This document shows, one piece after another, positions 45,924 to 59,149 of a stretch of 64,000 bases of DNA. Within the stretch, counting starts at the first letter, position 1, and each line of letters opens with the position of its first letter. Below the pieces are notes generated by a model that was not told the DNA's origin, ran no database searches, and worked only from the letters and a program-made list of their open reading frames with translations. The DNA is from Vitrella brassicaformis CCMP3155 (lineage: Eukaryota; Protista; Chromerida): NCBI GenBank assembly GCA_001179505.1, contig CDMY01000465.1, positions 7,230 through 71,229 of the forward strand. Direction: 5' to 3'. The position numbers were made by a program, and so were the translations under genes.

Positions 45924-47521
45924 ATGAAAGCCTTCACAGCGCGCCGGAGTCCGCCGCCGCCGCACCAGCCGACAGACGGGCCGTCTGCACCGTCTGTGGT
46001 GGCGCGGAGGAGGACCTACGAGAGCATCAGAAGCACGCCCCGCACTCCAGAGGAACACCACCATCACGTCAAGGTGAATCCGGCAGAGTCTGCGCACTCG
46101 TCTGTCTTGTGCGTGATGACTTGGCGTTGGTGCCTCTGGCATGGCAGGCTGAGCAGCGTGCCGTGTTGGTGGCGGAGAGGCACGCAGAATGGCGGAAGCA
46201 CATCTGGACGGTACGCAGGCAGACCACGCGCATAACACTGACTAAATGGACAGATGGGCACACGTCGGCAGACAGACAGACTTACCTATGCCTGGTCGTG
46301 TGATGCCTGTTGGCAGGACAAGGGCGACGCCCTGATGTATGTGTTTCTGCGGGGTTTGAGGCGGCGGGTCAAGGAGAGCCTATACGTCAAATGGGTGGTA
46401 CGTTTGTTTGACATCCATGCAGTGCAATGCAGCACAGCACACGAATGTAATGCCCCATCATGTCTGCACGTTTGTTTGTTATCAGGAGTATTGGTTGTCG
46501 ATGGCCAAGACGCCGGGGGTGTCTGTGCGTGAGCTGAGGGACCTGCTGCTGGACAAAATGAGGGCTGACGTGGAAGCCATACGCAGACGGGGGTGGGTAC
46601 TCGTGCACTCACACACACTCCCGCGTATCGTACAGTGTCCACGGAGCCCTGCCGTGTGTGTGATGTGTGCGCAGATCGTCCTACTGCGACAGCGATGACG
46701 GTTCATCAGAGGGCGGAGGGGACGCCGATATGGACTGTGTCATCGATAGACTTAGGTGCGGATGGACAGCACACGGCGGGGTAGATGGACAGATCATATG
46801 CCCCTCCCTTTACTTGTATGTCGATGTGATTGATGCAGTGACTGTGGGAGCGTTGACGAGAGTGTCAAACGGGAAGCCTTCCAGATCATCCACCAGGTCG
46901 ACAAAAAAGACAGACACTCATACACCCACACACACACACATCGATGCATCTCTCTCTCCAGCTCTTCCAATCGCTGTGCCCCGAGCCATCACCAAGACGG
47001 CACCACTCCATAGACCAGCTGCCAACCACCAGACGGGCCAACACAACACCAGCACCACCATCGGATACCGCCACACACCGATCGCAGACACAGAAGCGGG
47101 CAATGGGTCGCAGATCGTCCCACCCGTTGTGGCGGCTGGTGACCCACCGCGGCGGCCCCCCAGGCGTCCACACGACGACTCGTGAGGAGCACTGGTCGTC
47201 TGTGCATGCGTCCGTGTACAGCAAGGGCGGGGGGCCGATGTGGGTGTGCCCGAGTAGCCCGTCCAGCAGCAGCTCGTGCTCCTCTGACGGCATACTGCCG
47301 CCATTCCGCAGCTACCTCGACTGGTGTATGCTCGACTACGGTGAGTGATGGAGGAAAGACAGAGAGATGCACCATGTGCGCGAGTTGGCATCGGATGGAT
47401 GGATGCAGGGACATGTTGGTTGGCTCTGTGGGGCTACCTGCTGGGCGAGAAGTACATGGAGGCGCAGCGGCACATGAGGGCGGTGGAAGCAGAGGTGGTG
47501 GTGCATGTAGTGGTCGGGTGA
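45924..47521 (+). CDS. Hypothetical protein (about 8 exons)
   Basis: Phase-compatible exons MKAFTARR...HHHHVK/AEQRAVL...KHIWT/DKGDALMYVFLRGLRRRVKESLYVKW/EYWLSMAK...; no family recognised. Confidence 0.5.
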
Positions 47522-48982
47522 GCCTCTTAGATGAGAGATAGATGGACGATGGATGACCCCCACCCACCCGTCCACCTACCCACCACACACAAATGCATGC
47601 TGGCTGTATGATGTATGGTATGTACAGTAGAGCACACACACATTGCGCACACACAGGGTGAGGTGACGGTTGGTTTTAATTCAGCTCATCGATCGCTTCT
47701 TGATGGCTTGGATGGATGGATGGATCGACTGACTGACTGATTGACTGCTTGTTGCCCGTTTGTCCGTTTGTGTGTCTGTCTGTTTGTGTGTTTTTTGATG
47801 CGTCACACCGTGACATGTCATGCCACTGCCATACCTACACACGTACAGTACGGTCCGGGTGCAGAATTCAGTTGCCGGTGAGGCACGAGCCAGCCATGTC
47901 AGCCATGTTTTGACTATCGCTTGCTGCCGTTTTGCGTCCACTCACTTGCTGGTACGGGGTATGTATGTATGCAGTCTCTCTCTCGCGATCGATCGATCTC
48001 ACTCTCACTCGTCTCTGTACATATATACACATACGCATACTCATACTCATGTAGATTAGTCCATCTGCCTGCCTGCCTGCCGATTGCTGGACGGCATGCC
48101 ATGCCATAGAGATCCATCGATTCATCCACCCATATCGGTCCATATCTATCTGTGTTGGTGTCATTTTCTTTTTCTTTTCTTCTTTTTCTTTGCTTTGTGT
48201 GGTTTTTCCTTCCTGCCTGGCTGCGGTCGATCGCCCCTTGCACGTGTGTAAGTACCTGTGTACGCATCTGTGTTGTGAATGAATGAATGCGTGAGTGGGT
48301 GTAAACTAGTGGGTGGATGACTGCTTGGATGGATCGATAGATGCGACAAGACAGCCAGGGCACACCATAACATAACATACCGCACAGCGATAGAGACACT
48401 TAGTTGCACAGCGACAGCGACTGACTGAGAGTCAGAGTGACAGCTAAAACTGCCTTCCTGGGCAGGTGTTGTTGTAATGGGACATTATTGTTCTTTTACA
48501 GGGCGGGGCGGGGCTCTGGTGGGAGTTTGTTGTGCGCTGCACACACGCACAGAGGCAGGTGTGCATGCAGCGCTGCAGCTAGGAAATGGGGTCGTTTTAC
48601 AGGTGGGCGGCACGGCACGCAGTGTCTGTATCTCTGTATGTCTGTATCTATGGGTGTGGCTGTGCTGTATGTGTGTGGATAAGTGGATGGAGGCGGGGAG
48701 TCAGTCGTGTGGACGGACGCACGGACGCACGGACGAAGGCACTTACTTGGAGCAGACAAGCATGACGGTGATGGAAAGATGGATCCACATCGATCTCTCG
48801 CACTCTGTGCTCACGTGCACACACTCACACGCAAACAAACACACAAACACACACACATGTCCTCTCGTCAAATCGTCGAATACTCAAAAGTGAGAAGTGA
48901 TCAACCGCACCACCGAAAAAACCGATACGATACCCCCCGAACTTCCCGCACACGCAAAGACCCACACACTGACCTGACACCC

Positions 48983-51056
48983 TTACGCATCTTGATCCCA
49001 GTAGAGCTTGACCACAACGGCTGTGCAGTTGTCCATCGTGCCTGTGCAGACACCACAACACAAGAAGACAAGCCAGCATCCATACATCCATCCATCCGTA
49101 CTTCATCGATGTCTCCTCAGCCCACCCTGCCGCTCACCAGCTCTCATGGCCTCTGCGACCAGCGTCCTCGCAGCCACACTGCACACATCGACCTCGGCTG
49201 CCGGCCCCCCGCCTGCCCCTCCATCCCCCTCCCCCTCTGTGTTTGAGGGTGCGTAGGGCTCCGTGTCGCCGCTCTGCCGGCTCACACTTGACGAGCTGGA
49301 CGCCAACACACGCGGGGCATCACCAGCACCAGCACCAGCACCATTCGTGCTGGCAGGCACGTCTCCGTCTGCCGTGCTGTTGACGGATGTCGATGCAGCG
49401 TCCTCCCTCTCAGCCTCTTTTTCCTTTTCCTTGTGGCCGTTGTGGTCTGGCGAAGGGTGTGTGTCTTGCCTGCTGTCTTGATTGCCTTTGCCGGTGTGGT
49501 TGCTGTTGCCGTGGTTGGGTTTCTTGTCTTTCTGCTGGTCGGCGAGCCGCCTGAGTGTGGAGTGGACGCTCTGGACGGCCTCCAGGTCTGACAGGACGTC
49601 CCACACGCCGTCGCAAGCTAGGATGAGGAAACTGTCCTTGGAGGGATCCAGCTCTCTGACAGACATGCGACAAGGAGGGATATGTGTGTGTGTGTGTGTG
49701 TGTGTGTGGCGTGGTGCAAGTTGGGGTGGGTGGCTGCTGACCGTTTGTCGATTTCCGGGTCCGCGATGAGTGCGTGTCTGTTCTGGTTCTTGAGCATGAA
49801 GTCGCCCAAAGCCCTTGACACACCCAGATAGTACTCGAGGGGCGGCACACCCAACCTACACACACACACACATCCAGTTCACACACACACAGGCGTCCTC
49901 CCTCTTGCCACACTGAGTGTGTTGTGTGTGATATCACCTCGAGCATCTCTCGAACGGGTGTTGGACCACCCGGCCGCCGGCCCGCACTATCCGCCTCTCC
50001 TCGTCCGGCCTGTTGGGCTTGTGGTCTTCACTCAGCCGAATGGCCTCCACCTCCTCATCACCGCCACCAATGCTGCCACTCGGGTGACGGTGAACACGAC
50101 CCAGCCTGCACACACACCATGCACACACACACACACACACGAGATGCACACACACGTCCCCTGTCCGTCATGTCATGTGTGTGGCGTGGCTCACACAGCT
50201 CTGGAGTCGCCGATGTTGGCCGTGTGGAGGATGACCCGGCCCCTCTTGCGGTGGACGAGGCAGACGATGGCAGTGGAGCCGTCCTGTGGATGGGGCGTCT
50301 GGGTTCCCTCGTAGGCCGTCTCGAGCTTCTGCACCGACTGCTCGATGGCCTTGTGCACGAAGGAGTCCTCCAACAGGGGAGGGGGGGAGGCATTCACACC
50401 TGATGTCAGCTGCCGCCTCAAGCTGAAAACACCGCAACACACACACACACACACACACACACGTGTGTACCTGAATGTTCACACGATGCTGCGTAAGCCT
50501 GTCTGCCGGTTCTCTCCCTACTCACTGGTTGTGCAGGTGCGTCTTGGCGTATTCGCTCGCCCGTTTGCCGTTGTGGCCGTCGAAGACGCCGTAGTAGGAC
50601 ATGCCCTCCAGAAAGTCGTCCACACACAGAGAGGCGTCCTCCATGTCAGCCCGGTGGCCCTGCAGCTCAGCGCTGCCCGACACGCACCGCAGGCCGACAG
50701 TGCGGCCGCCCAGCACCGTTGAGTGGTCATCTGATGAGCCGGCCAATCCGACTGTGCCGATTGCGCTGCTCGCACTTGCAGCGTGTGCGTTGAGAGAGTT
50801 CTCGAGGATGCGCCTGCGCTTGCTCTCCTCCTCGAAACGCCCTACAGTCACCTGACATGACGCCACATCAATGAGAAGGCCAGGCATGCATCAGAAGGAC
50901 GACAAAAAGCCATCTCGCTGCGCGAAGGGCTTTGGTGCCCACCTGTCCGATTCGCTTTGTCGGCGCCGCTTCCTCGACTTCATTCAACTCATCGTCGAAG
51001 CTGAGCTTGACCTTCCTGTCGGCCTTGCGCTTCTTCACAGCACCCTCATCGCCCAT
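48983..51056 (-). CDS. Protein phosphatase 2C (PPM family)
   Basis: QGHRADMED, YGVFDGHNG, DGSTA, ANIGDSRAV, LSEDHKP, LGVSRALGD, FLILACDGVWDV and a final DNCTAVVV. All PP2C motifs are present. Confidence 0.93.
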
Positions 51057-51360
51057 GCTACTGTAATGCACTCAGGTGAATCAGCAGCTGCTGAAGGAAG
51101 AAAGATCCCAGGGAATCGGATGCGTTCAAGCAAGATCTGGGTCAGGGACGCCTGGCGGCCACCTCACAGGCTCTCTTTCCCGGCGAATCATGTGCCGCTC
51201 AGACGTGCGAGCTTGGCGATCGCCGGAAAGCAGTGCGAAGCAGATGCTTGCGTGCGACCTGGAGGTTCTCGAAGGCATGCACAATCACTTCAGCTCTGTT
51301 TTGATCTGCCGCTCATCTGTCTTGTTTCTTCCGCCTCCGTCACTGGCCAGACGGGTACAC

Positions 51361-53434
51361 ATGATGCTTCCCCAGACCGTGAGGCGTGCAGTCAGCAGCC
51401 TCCCCACCCCCCGGGCAGTCAGCCTGGAGTCCCTCACCCTCATGCAGCCACACCGGGCTGCATTCCCCATCCCCCCTCAGGCGTCATTGGCAGCATTATC
51501 ATGCCGGAGGAGCATGAGTGTCGTCACGTCAGCAGCGGCAGCCGCCCACCGCCACCGCCACCGGCATCAGCCTCCCCTCCCCTCTGGCTTCCTTCCCTGG
51601 TCGTCCCTCTCCACCCACCCGCATGCGCACCTGAGACAGCTGCAGCTGCGGCACAGCTCGACCAGCTTCATCAAGCAGGTCATGGACCAGGTCAAGCGCG
51701 ACATCGAGAAGGACCCCACCATCATGGAGCAGAGCAAGAAGCTCGAGGACAGCGGGCTGCCCCAGTACAAGGAGGAGATCTTCACCAAAGTCAAGGAGGC
51801 CACCGACACCGTCTCGGAGGCCGCCACGGTCGCCATCAAACGCACCAGAGATGTGCTGGGCAAGACCAAGGAGCAGGTGGACAAGGCCAGGGAGGCCGTG
51901 TCGAAGCTCACTGAGGAGAACCCCGCACTCAAGGGCGTCAAGGACGCCACCAGGGGTGCGGCGAGCGGCGTCGGTCGGGCGTTCTCTGTTGTGTCTGAGT
52001 TTGCGAGCAAGCGTCTGGAGTTTTTGAGCGAGGACAAGGACTCGGCGGCGGCTAAGGTGCGCCGGTGGAAGGAGGAGAAGGAGGAGAAGGCCAGGCAGGA
52101 GGAAGCCGTCAGGTGGGTGACGTGACCAGCGCAGCTATCCACGCAAATACGTCGATCCATTGGTCTGTCTGTCTGTCTGTCACAGGAAAGCAAAGGAAGA
52201 CGGTGCCGAGGAGGAGGAGGCCACCACACACAAGGCGACTGCAACAGCAACAGCAGCCGCCCCCGAAGCCTCAGCTGAGGCGGCCGGATCATACTCCAGG
52301 GCGTCAGAGGCCGCTGGTGGTGCGGCCGAGCGGATGACGTCGGCGGAGGAGGCGGCGGCCGATGACGCGCTGGTCGTGTCGATGAAGCATGACTCCACTT
52401 GGGACAAATTCGGCACACGGCTGAGGGACATGCCATTCCTGCGCAACTTTTTTGGTTCGCATACAGAAGGGCGTGGGATCACGCACCCGAGTGTTGGCAG
52501 ACATGGATGTCCTTCATAATGTTTTGCGTGTGTGTGCATGTGTGTGTGTGCAGAGAATCCTTATTTCGGGAAGCTGTTTGGCGAGACGGAGATCGGCAAG
52601 TGCCTCCGAGAAATGAAGAGGATCGACCCGGCTTTCAGGTATGTACCGGCACACACGGCACACCCAGCATCCACACACACACACACATGACATGTGGGTG
52701 CCTCTGTGTGTCAGGTTGGCGGAGTTCCACGACACCATTGAGCATGTGGTGGCCCCGAAGCTCGTGCAGGCCTTCCTGGAGGGAGATGACGACCTTATGA
52801 AGCTGGTAGGCATCCGCACCAGCACACGCACAAGAGAAACGGGCGGACGGCTCATGCACCGCGTCCGTCTGTGTCTGTCTCCATGTGTCTGCTATGCGTG
52901 ATACTGATCAGCAATGCGGCGACGCTGCTTACGCGACGGTGCACGGTGTGTTCCAGGAGCGCGTCAAGCAGAAGGTCGACCTCGACACGTCCATCCTACT
53001 GCCACCAAGAGCTGTCGAGCTCAAAGGTGCACTCATTCCCCTTTTCCCCCAAGGCCTTTCAATGCATGCACCATCCATCGCCCCCATCCGCGTGTGTGTG
53101 CGTCAGGTGCCCGCTCGAAGGGCGAGGAGGAGGCCCCGTGTTTCGTGTGGACGTTCAAGACTCAGCAGATCAACTGCCTGCGCGACAAGAAGGGCAACGT
53201 GGTGGAGGGCGCCATCGACGACATCCGGGAGGTCTTCTACGCCATAGCGGTCGTCAAGCACCCCGAGCCGGACCGGCAGGGGCTGGAGTTCCCTTGGCAG
53301 GTCAGAGAGAGAAAGAGAGAGAGAGAGAGAGCGAGGGGGTGGCCAGATGTATGCGGTAACGCTGAACTGTGTGCTGTGCGTCGGTGTGCCAGGTTGAGGA
53401 GCTCGCCATTGTGGGCAGCAACTCTGTGTGGTGA
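51361..53434 (+). CDS. TIM44: Mitochondrial inner membrane translocase subunit Tim44
   Basis: Arg/Ser-rich presequence, SFIKQVMDQVKRDIEKDP, GETEIGKCLREMKRIDPAF, FLEGDDDLMK, TFKTQQINCLRDKKGNVVEGAIDDIREVFY, W-x-V-EELA. Confidence 0.9.
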
Positions 53435-54783
53435 AGCCGAGCGAAGAGAGCAGCGTGGCGGGTGTGTCCTTCGAGCTCTTCGTCTTTCGAGCCAGACAGA
53501 CTGTGTCTTCGACCAACGGGAGTCTGCCCTTCCGGCTATTCATCCGACACCGACAACGCAGCCCTTTGGTGGCTTGTGCTGATGCGAGTCACCGAATCGC
53601 TGCGCAGTGGGGGCCGTATGTCTTGCCGGAGGAGCCAACACCCACCCAGCGATGCATCTGTCCAGTCGATTTCCTTATTCATTGATTGAGTGTCCCTCTC
53701 TCGTCGTCTTTTGAGTAGCCAATCAGCCCGGACGCGAAGGCGCATCTTGGATCCCTCCGAAGATGTGCCTTCGCGTTTGACCTGGTGTGGCGTTCGGGGA
53801 TGGCTCGGAGGGACTTCTCGAGCGAGCTTCTCCGTTTTTCCCTTTCGTGGTGCGTGTCTTGCTTGCTTCTGCCTGCCTGCCTGCCAAAGGCATGTCTTTC
53901 CTCCTCACCTCTTCCTCTGTGCCAATCGATGCCATGCTGGTGTTGCGTATTACGCGTTGTGTGTCGGGGCGGCGCCATTATCGCGACTCGCCTTTGCGTG
54001 TTTGTGGGTTTTGGATGGATGAATGTGACCGACACACACAGAGAGTCTTCCGCGCATCCTGTAGATACCATATACCTTCCGCGTCCATCGATTGCTCTTT
54101 GACTTTCTCTCTCTGCGTCTCGACTGTACATGTGTTGATTCATTCGATTGGACCCTCAGTGCTACCAATGGTTCCTTCGTGCCTGTCATGTTCATTCATG
54201 GTTCACGTCAAGTGTCTTCGGGGATTTTACATCCACGCAATGATATCCACCCATCCACCCACCTTGCTATCAATCGGTGGATTCGCTACGCCAAAATGTC
54301 CTCACTCAAATGCACACACAGGCGTGGCGCACACCGGTCGCGCAATACATACACACATACATACCGATGGAGCCTGTCGCTCTGCTTGCGCCTGTCGCTC
54401 TGCTTGCTCGTGTGGCGTCCGCCCACAGGCCAACTGACTCTCCCAAATCAGCCTGTCACGAGACACACATGAAGATGATCGATAAACGCACCCATTACCT
54501 GTAGACGTGCCAACGATTTCATACATACACACGTTTCCTTCCTGCTGCAGCCAGAATTCTCTTTCTCCCTCCCCCCTCCCTCCCTGCCCTGTCTGTCTGT
54601 CTGTCTGTCTGTCCATCTGTCTACTGTCAGGCGATCATCCCTTCATGTCCATATCCAGTGGCTGCATGGCCTCCCGGGCAACAACACACTGAATGAAAGC
54701 ACCCACACAGTAACACACAAGACAAACAAACAAATCAACAACCAGGTGAGCGGGCGCCTCATTCTTCCCTCTTTCTCTCATCA

Positions 54784-57700
54784 TCAATCGTCCCATCCCC
54801 TCTCACTCACCTGATCGGCGGGCGACGACGGGTCGCCTCTTCGCTGCATGTGGTGGGACGATCCTCTTTCCCGTATGCGGCCATTCAGCCCACCACCCAG
54901 TTCACCAGCACAGCCGTCCTCAGTCTTCTCGGCCGTCTGCTCCTGCTGCTCATTTGTGTAGTCCCGAGCCGATGCAGCAGCAGCTGCTGCTGCTGGTGGC
55001 AGCGTCGCAGCGGGGCTGGTGGGCGAAGCGGTGAGGTGCTGGGGCAGCTGCAGGGGCGGGCGGTCATTGAGCGTCTTGTTCCTGACCTCCACGGCCTTCA
55101 GCAGGGCCAGCCGGACGCCTCTCCGGGTGGGCGAGATGGGTATGGGGAAAGGGGGGAAAGGGCCCGCGGCGAAGTGGCCGTCGCACAGAGCGACCATGAC
55201 GTCGGGGCCGTCTGTGCTGTTGGATGCCGCCACGAGGGCGAGCTGGTCGCTGGCGTAGTTCATCATCTCCTCAATGCTCAGCGCGGCATCATCACCCTCG
55301 TTGTCTTCCTCTTCCGCATCCTCATCCCCATCCTCAGGTTCGCCGCCGCTGCCCTCAATGGCGACCTCGTAGCCACCCTGACCATCTTCGTGGCGATCCT
55401 CGTCGGTGTCAGGACAATGCCGAGACCGGAGCGACCTGAGAGGGCGATTACCGATCGTCTTGGCCAGCCGATTGCGACTCTCGACAGCCTTCTCGAGGGC
55501 CTTGTCGATGGCCTCTCGTGTGCGGGAGTGTAGGTTGATGGTGTGGGAGGCACGCTGCCCGCCGCTTTGGCGGAACCGGACCACCCACGCGAATTTGTAC
55601 CAGATGATGTTGATTCTATCGCTTTCATTGAGGCGACGCAACTCGGCCAGGCGCTGCTTGGCGTAGCGGTCGAGGGCGTCCCTGTCCAACGCAGTAGCAG
55701 CAGCAGCAGCAACAGCAGACGAACCTGAACACCAGCACACAAAACCACCACACGTTTATGAGTGGACAGGTGGGTGGGTGATCCGTTCATATCTGTGTTG
55801 CAGGGTCACCTACCTGCAGGGGTCTCTCTCCCTCTTGCCCTCTTCTGCGGCTTGCGGTCGTACTCTTCTGCATTGAACCGACAAGTGCGCGTACATGCAT
55901 CGATATGTCTGTCCCGTGCACCCCGCCCTCCCTCCCTCCCTCCCTCCCTCCTGCCTGCCTCTGTGTGGCTCACCGTCTGACTCGTCTTGTCCGTCGTCTT
56001 CCTCTTGCTCGTCCTCAGGCGCCCGGACACTGCCCTCCATCTCATCGTCACCCTCGCCATGGGCCTCCCCCGATCCCTCAGCGACGCCCTGGCCATGGCT
56101 TGACTGCAGCGACCGGATAGGGGGCCGGCCCAGGTCGCTGGCCAGCTCGTTGCGGGTCTGCACCGCCTCCGCGAGGGCCTTGTCGACGGCCTCTTGTGTG
56201 AGGGTCAGTGGGGGGATGGTCAGCCACATCCGTCCTCCGTTGTGGCGGAACTGTATCGACCACGCGCAGTTGCGCCACCTGAGATTGACGTTCTCGGTGC
56301 CTTTGAGGCGACGCAGCTCTGTCAGCCGGTGCTTGCAGTAGGCGTCGAGGGCGTCCCTGTCCACCGAGGCACCAACAAACCGACCTGAACACCATCCATC
56401 CATCCATCCGTGAAGGCCTCTGTCCGTTTGTGTGGCTCACTGTCTGGTTCGTCGTCTTCCTCTTCCTCTTCCTCTTCTTGCTCATCCTCAGGCGCGCAGC
56501 TGCTGCCCTCCATCTCAACATCTTCACCCTCGCCGTCTTCCTCGCCCCCTCTCTGCCGACATCGCGAAGGCAGCGACCGGATGGGTGGGCCCATGGTCTC
56601 GAGCAATTTGTTGCGCTTGTCGACGGCCTCCTCGAGGGCCTCGTCGCTGGCTTCTCGGGTGCGGGATTGGGGGCAACCGGCGGCGTAGTGCGCTTTGCCG
56701 TCGTGGTGGACGCAGACTTGCCTGCCATCGGGTTGCCAGTTGATGTAGGTGCTCGTGTGGCGGTTGAGGCGACGCAGCTCGCTCGACCGTTCCTCGGCGT
56801 AGCGGTCGAGAGGGCCCTCCCCCCTGTCCACACCAAGACGAGACGGACCTAGAGACCAGAAGAGGCGCAGAAGCAGCACAACGCATACTCATACATTCAC
56901 TCATACATGCACTCGTGTGTGTGTGTGCGTGTGTGTGTACCTGCAGATGCCCCTCTCCGTTTTCGCCTTTTCCGCGCTTTGTGGTCGTGTTCGTCTTTCT
57001 GCTCTTCATCCTCGTCCTTCTCAGACGGCCCTTCGCTGCCATGCTGGGTCATGTCCATCTCATCGCCATCATTGCCCTCTCCCTCTCCATCGGATGAGGC
57101 AATGATGGGGGGAAAGCGGACAGGGGGAAGGCCGATCCTCTTGGCCAGCCGGTTGCGCTTGTCGACAGCCTCCTGCAGGGCCGCGTCGACGGCCTCTCGG
57201 GTGCGAGCTGGCGCCTTGATTGTGTAGGACTTTGTCTGGTTGTCAAGGCGGATCCGAATGAACCAGCCGTTGCGGTGCCACATGATGTGGGTGCCCCTGC
57301 CCCCGTTGAGGCGGCGCAGCTCGGCCTGCCGCTTCACGCCGTAGGTCTCGAAGGCGTCCTTGTCCAGCCCAGTAGCACCACCAAACGAGCCTGGGGCCGG
57401 TCAGCACACACACGCACTCATGTGGTGATCCATCCATCGTGTCTGTGACGTGTGTATGTGCTGGGTGCTCACCTGCAGCAGCCTGGGCTGCTCTCGCCCT
57501 TTTCCGCGCCTTGCGGTGGCTTTCCTCGTCCTCTTCCCCCTGTTCGTCCTCAGAGTCCTCGGCCATCTCCATCTCATTGTCAGAACAATGCCGAGACTGC
57601 AGCGAGCAGAGGAGGGGAAGGCCAGCCTTCTTGGCCAGCCGGTTGCGAGTCTCGATCGCCTCCTCGAGGGCCTTGTCGACGGCCTCTCGGGTGCGGCTTG

Positions 57701-58727
57701 ACGGGCTGATGGTGTCGTAGGTAGCTGCTGCTGGTCGGCTGCCGACTCGAATCATCCACGTCGACTTGTTCCAGACGATGTAGATGCCCTTGGATTCGTT
57801 GAGGCGGCGCAGCTCTGCCAGCCGCCTCTTGGCGTAGCGGTCAAGGGTGTTCTTGTCCAGCGCAGTGGCACCACTAAACAAACCAAGGTAGTGAGAATTG
57901 CTGTCTCTCTGTGGCCCATGGCATAAGGATGCTGCTGCTGCTGCTGCTGCCGCTGCCGCTGCCGCTGGTGGTAGTGGTGGTGGTAGTGGTGGTGCTGCTG
58001 GGAGGTAGGTACCCTCCGGTGTGTGTGCTGTGTGTGCTTGGTCGTGGCGCTGCTGTTTCTGCTGCTGCTGCCTGCCGGTTCTGTCACCGTCGCGGGCGCC
58101 ACCCTCAGTCTTGACTAGGACACCCGGCTGACAAGTACCCTCAGCGTGCTCCTCTGCCGCATCGCCGCCCTCTCCCTCCCCCTGGCCACCCTTGTCGCTG
58201 GTCTCGTCTGAGTCGTCGATTGCATTCTCCCACCAGGCCTGCCAGTCCTCAATGGGTTTGCCGGCCCTTCTCTCGGCCACCTTCCGAGTCGGAGAGGGGT
58301 CGGTGGCTGGGGGCTGGTGGGTCACGTCAGGCATTGCTGCAGCCTCGGCTGCAGACCCACTGGCAGGGGGTGTGGGGGCCGGGAGCCCGCTGCGCGTGGT
58401 GGGACACAATCGACAATGTGATGCATGTGGGGGCCGGCAAGTGTTGTGTGCGGCTGACTTACCTTTTAAGTGACGTGACGAAGATGCGACCTCGCCCTGA
58501 CCACCACCACAGCTCCTCGCCCGTTGCGCCCCTTCGGTCTCGACACGCTCACCATCACCAGGAGGACCGCCGGAAGAGGCCATGCCGCGATGGTGGCCAG
58601 GTGGGCAGAGGGCGGGGGATGGCTGGGTGGAGGTTTGGTCTGATGACTGTCCTGAAATACCAGCCGTGTGGGGTGGGGCGGTGACATGCTGCTGGCGGGA
58701 TGTCTGTGGTTGGACAGTGGACGACAT
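54784..58727 (-). CDS. ApiAP2-like transcription factor candidate with five tandem AP2-like domains
   Basis: Five units of LDRY.K.RLAELRRL + three beta-strands (e.g. GIYIVWNKSTWMIRV...YDTISP) + helix TREAVDKALEEAIETRNRL, separated by acidic linkers and RKARKR-like basic motifs. Start and stop are approximate. Confidence 0.7.
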
Positions 58728-59149
58728 AGTGAAGTCTGGGGTGCCTTGCAGGGCTGTCCCATCGGCCTGAGGCTCCTGCCTGAGGTATACAGCACCCGCT
58801 GTCGAGCGGCACACAGCAGAGAGAAAGAGAGCTATGTCCAAAATGTATCTACATGCATGGGCATGTGGGCATCTATCTACGCACGGCATCTTTCGCACGC
58901 CTTGTACCTGCAGATGCAGGTGGCTCTCACGAGCTGTCCTCACCGCTCATGGATCCACAGATCTCTGCCGTCCGGGCCTCAAGCCTCGACGAGCCCGACT
59001 GACGTCAGCAGTGGAGAGGCCGACGAGGGAGAAAGATCAGCGCAGTGGTCATGCGTGGGGAAATTCACCAAGCTCGCAGAAAAACCCTAAACCCTGTAAA
59101 CCGAGGGCTGAATCGCAATTTGTGCAGCCCACAGAGGAAGTAGATTACA

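Noticed and set aside
45908-46303. C2H2-like CTVCGGAEEDLREHQKH in ORF 45908-46303
   Set aside because: The donor at ~46073 is phase-compatible with the next exon only in the other frame (...EEHHHHVK|AEQR). The zinc-finger reading is probably off-frame chance.
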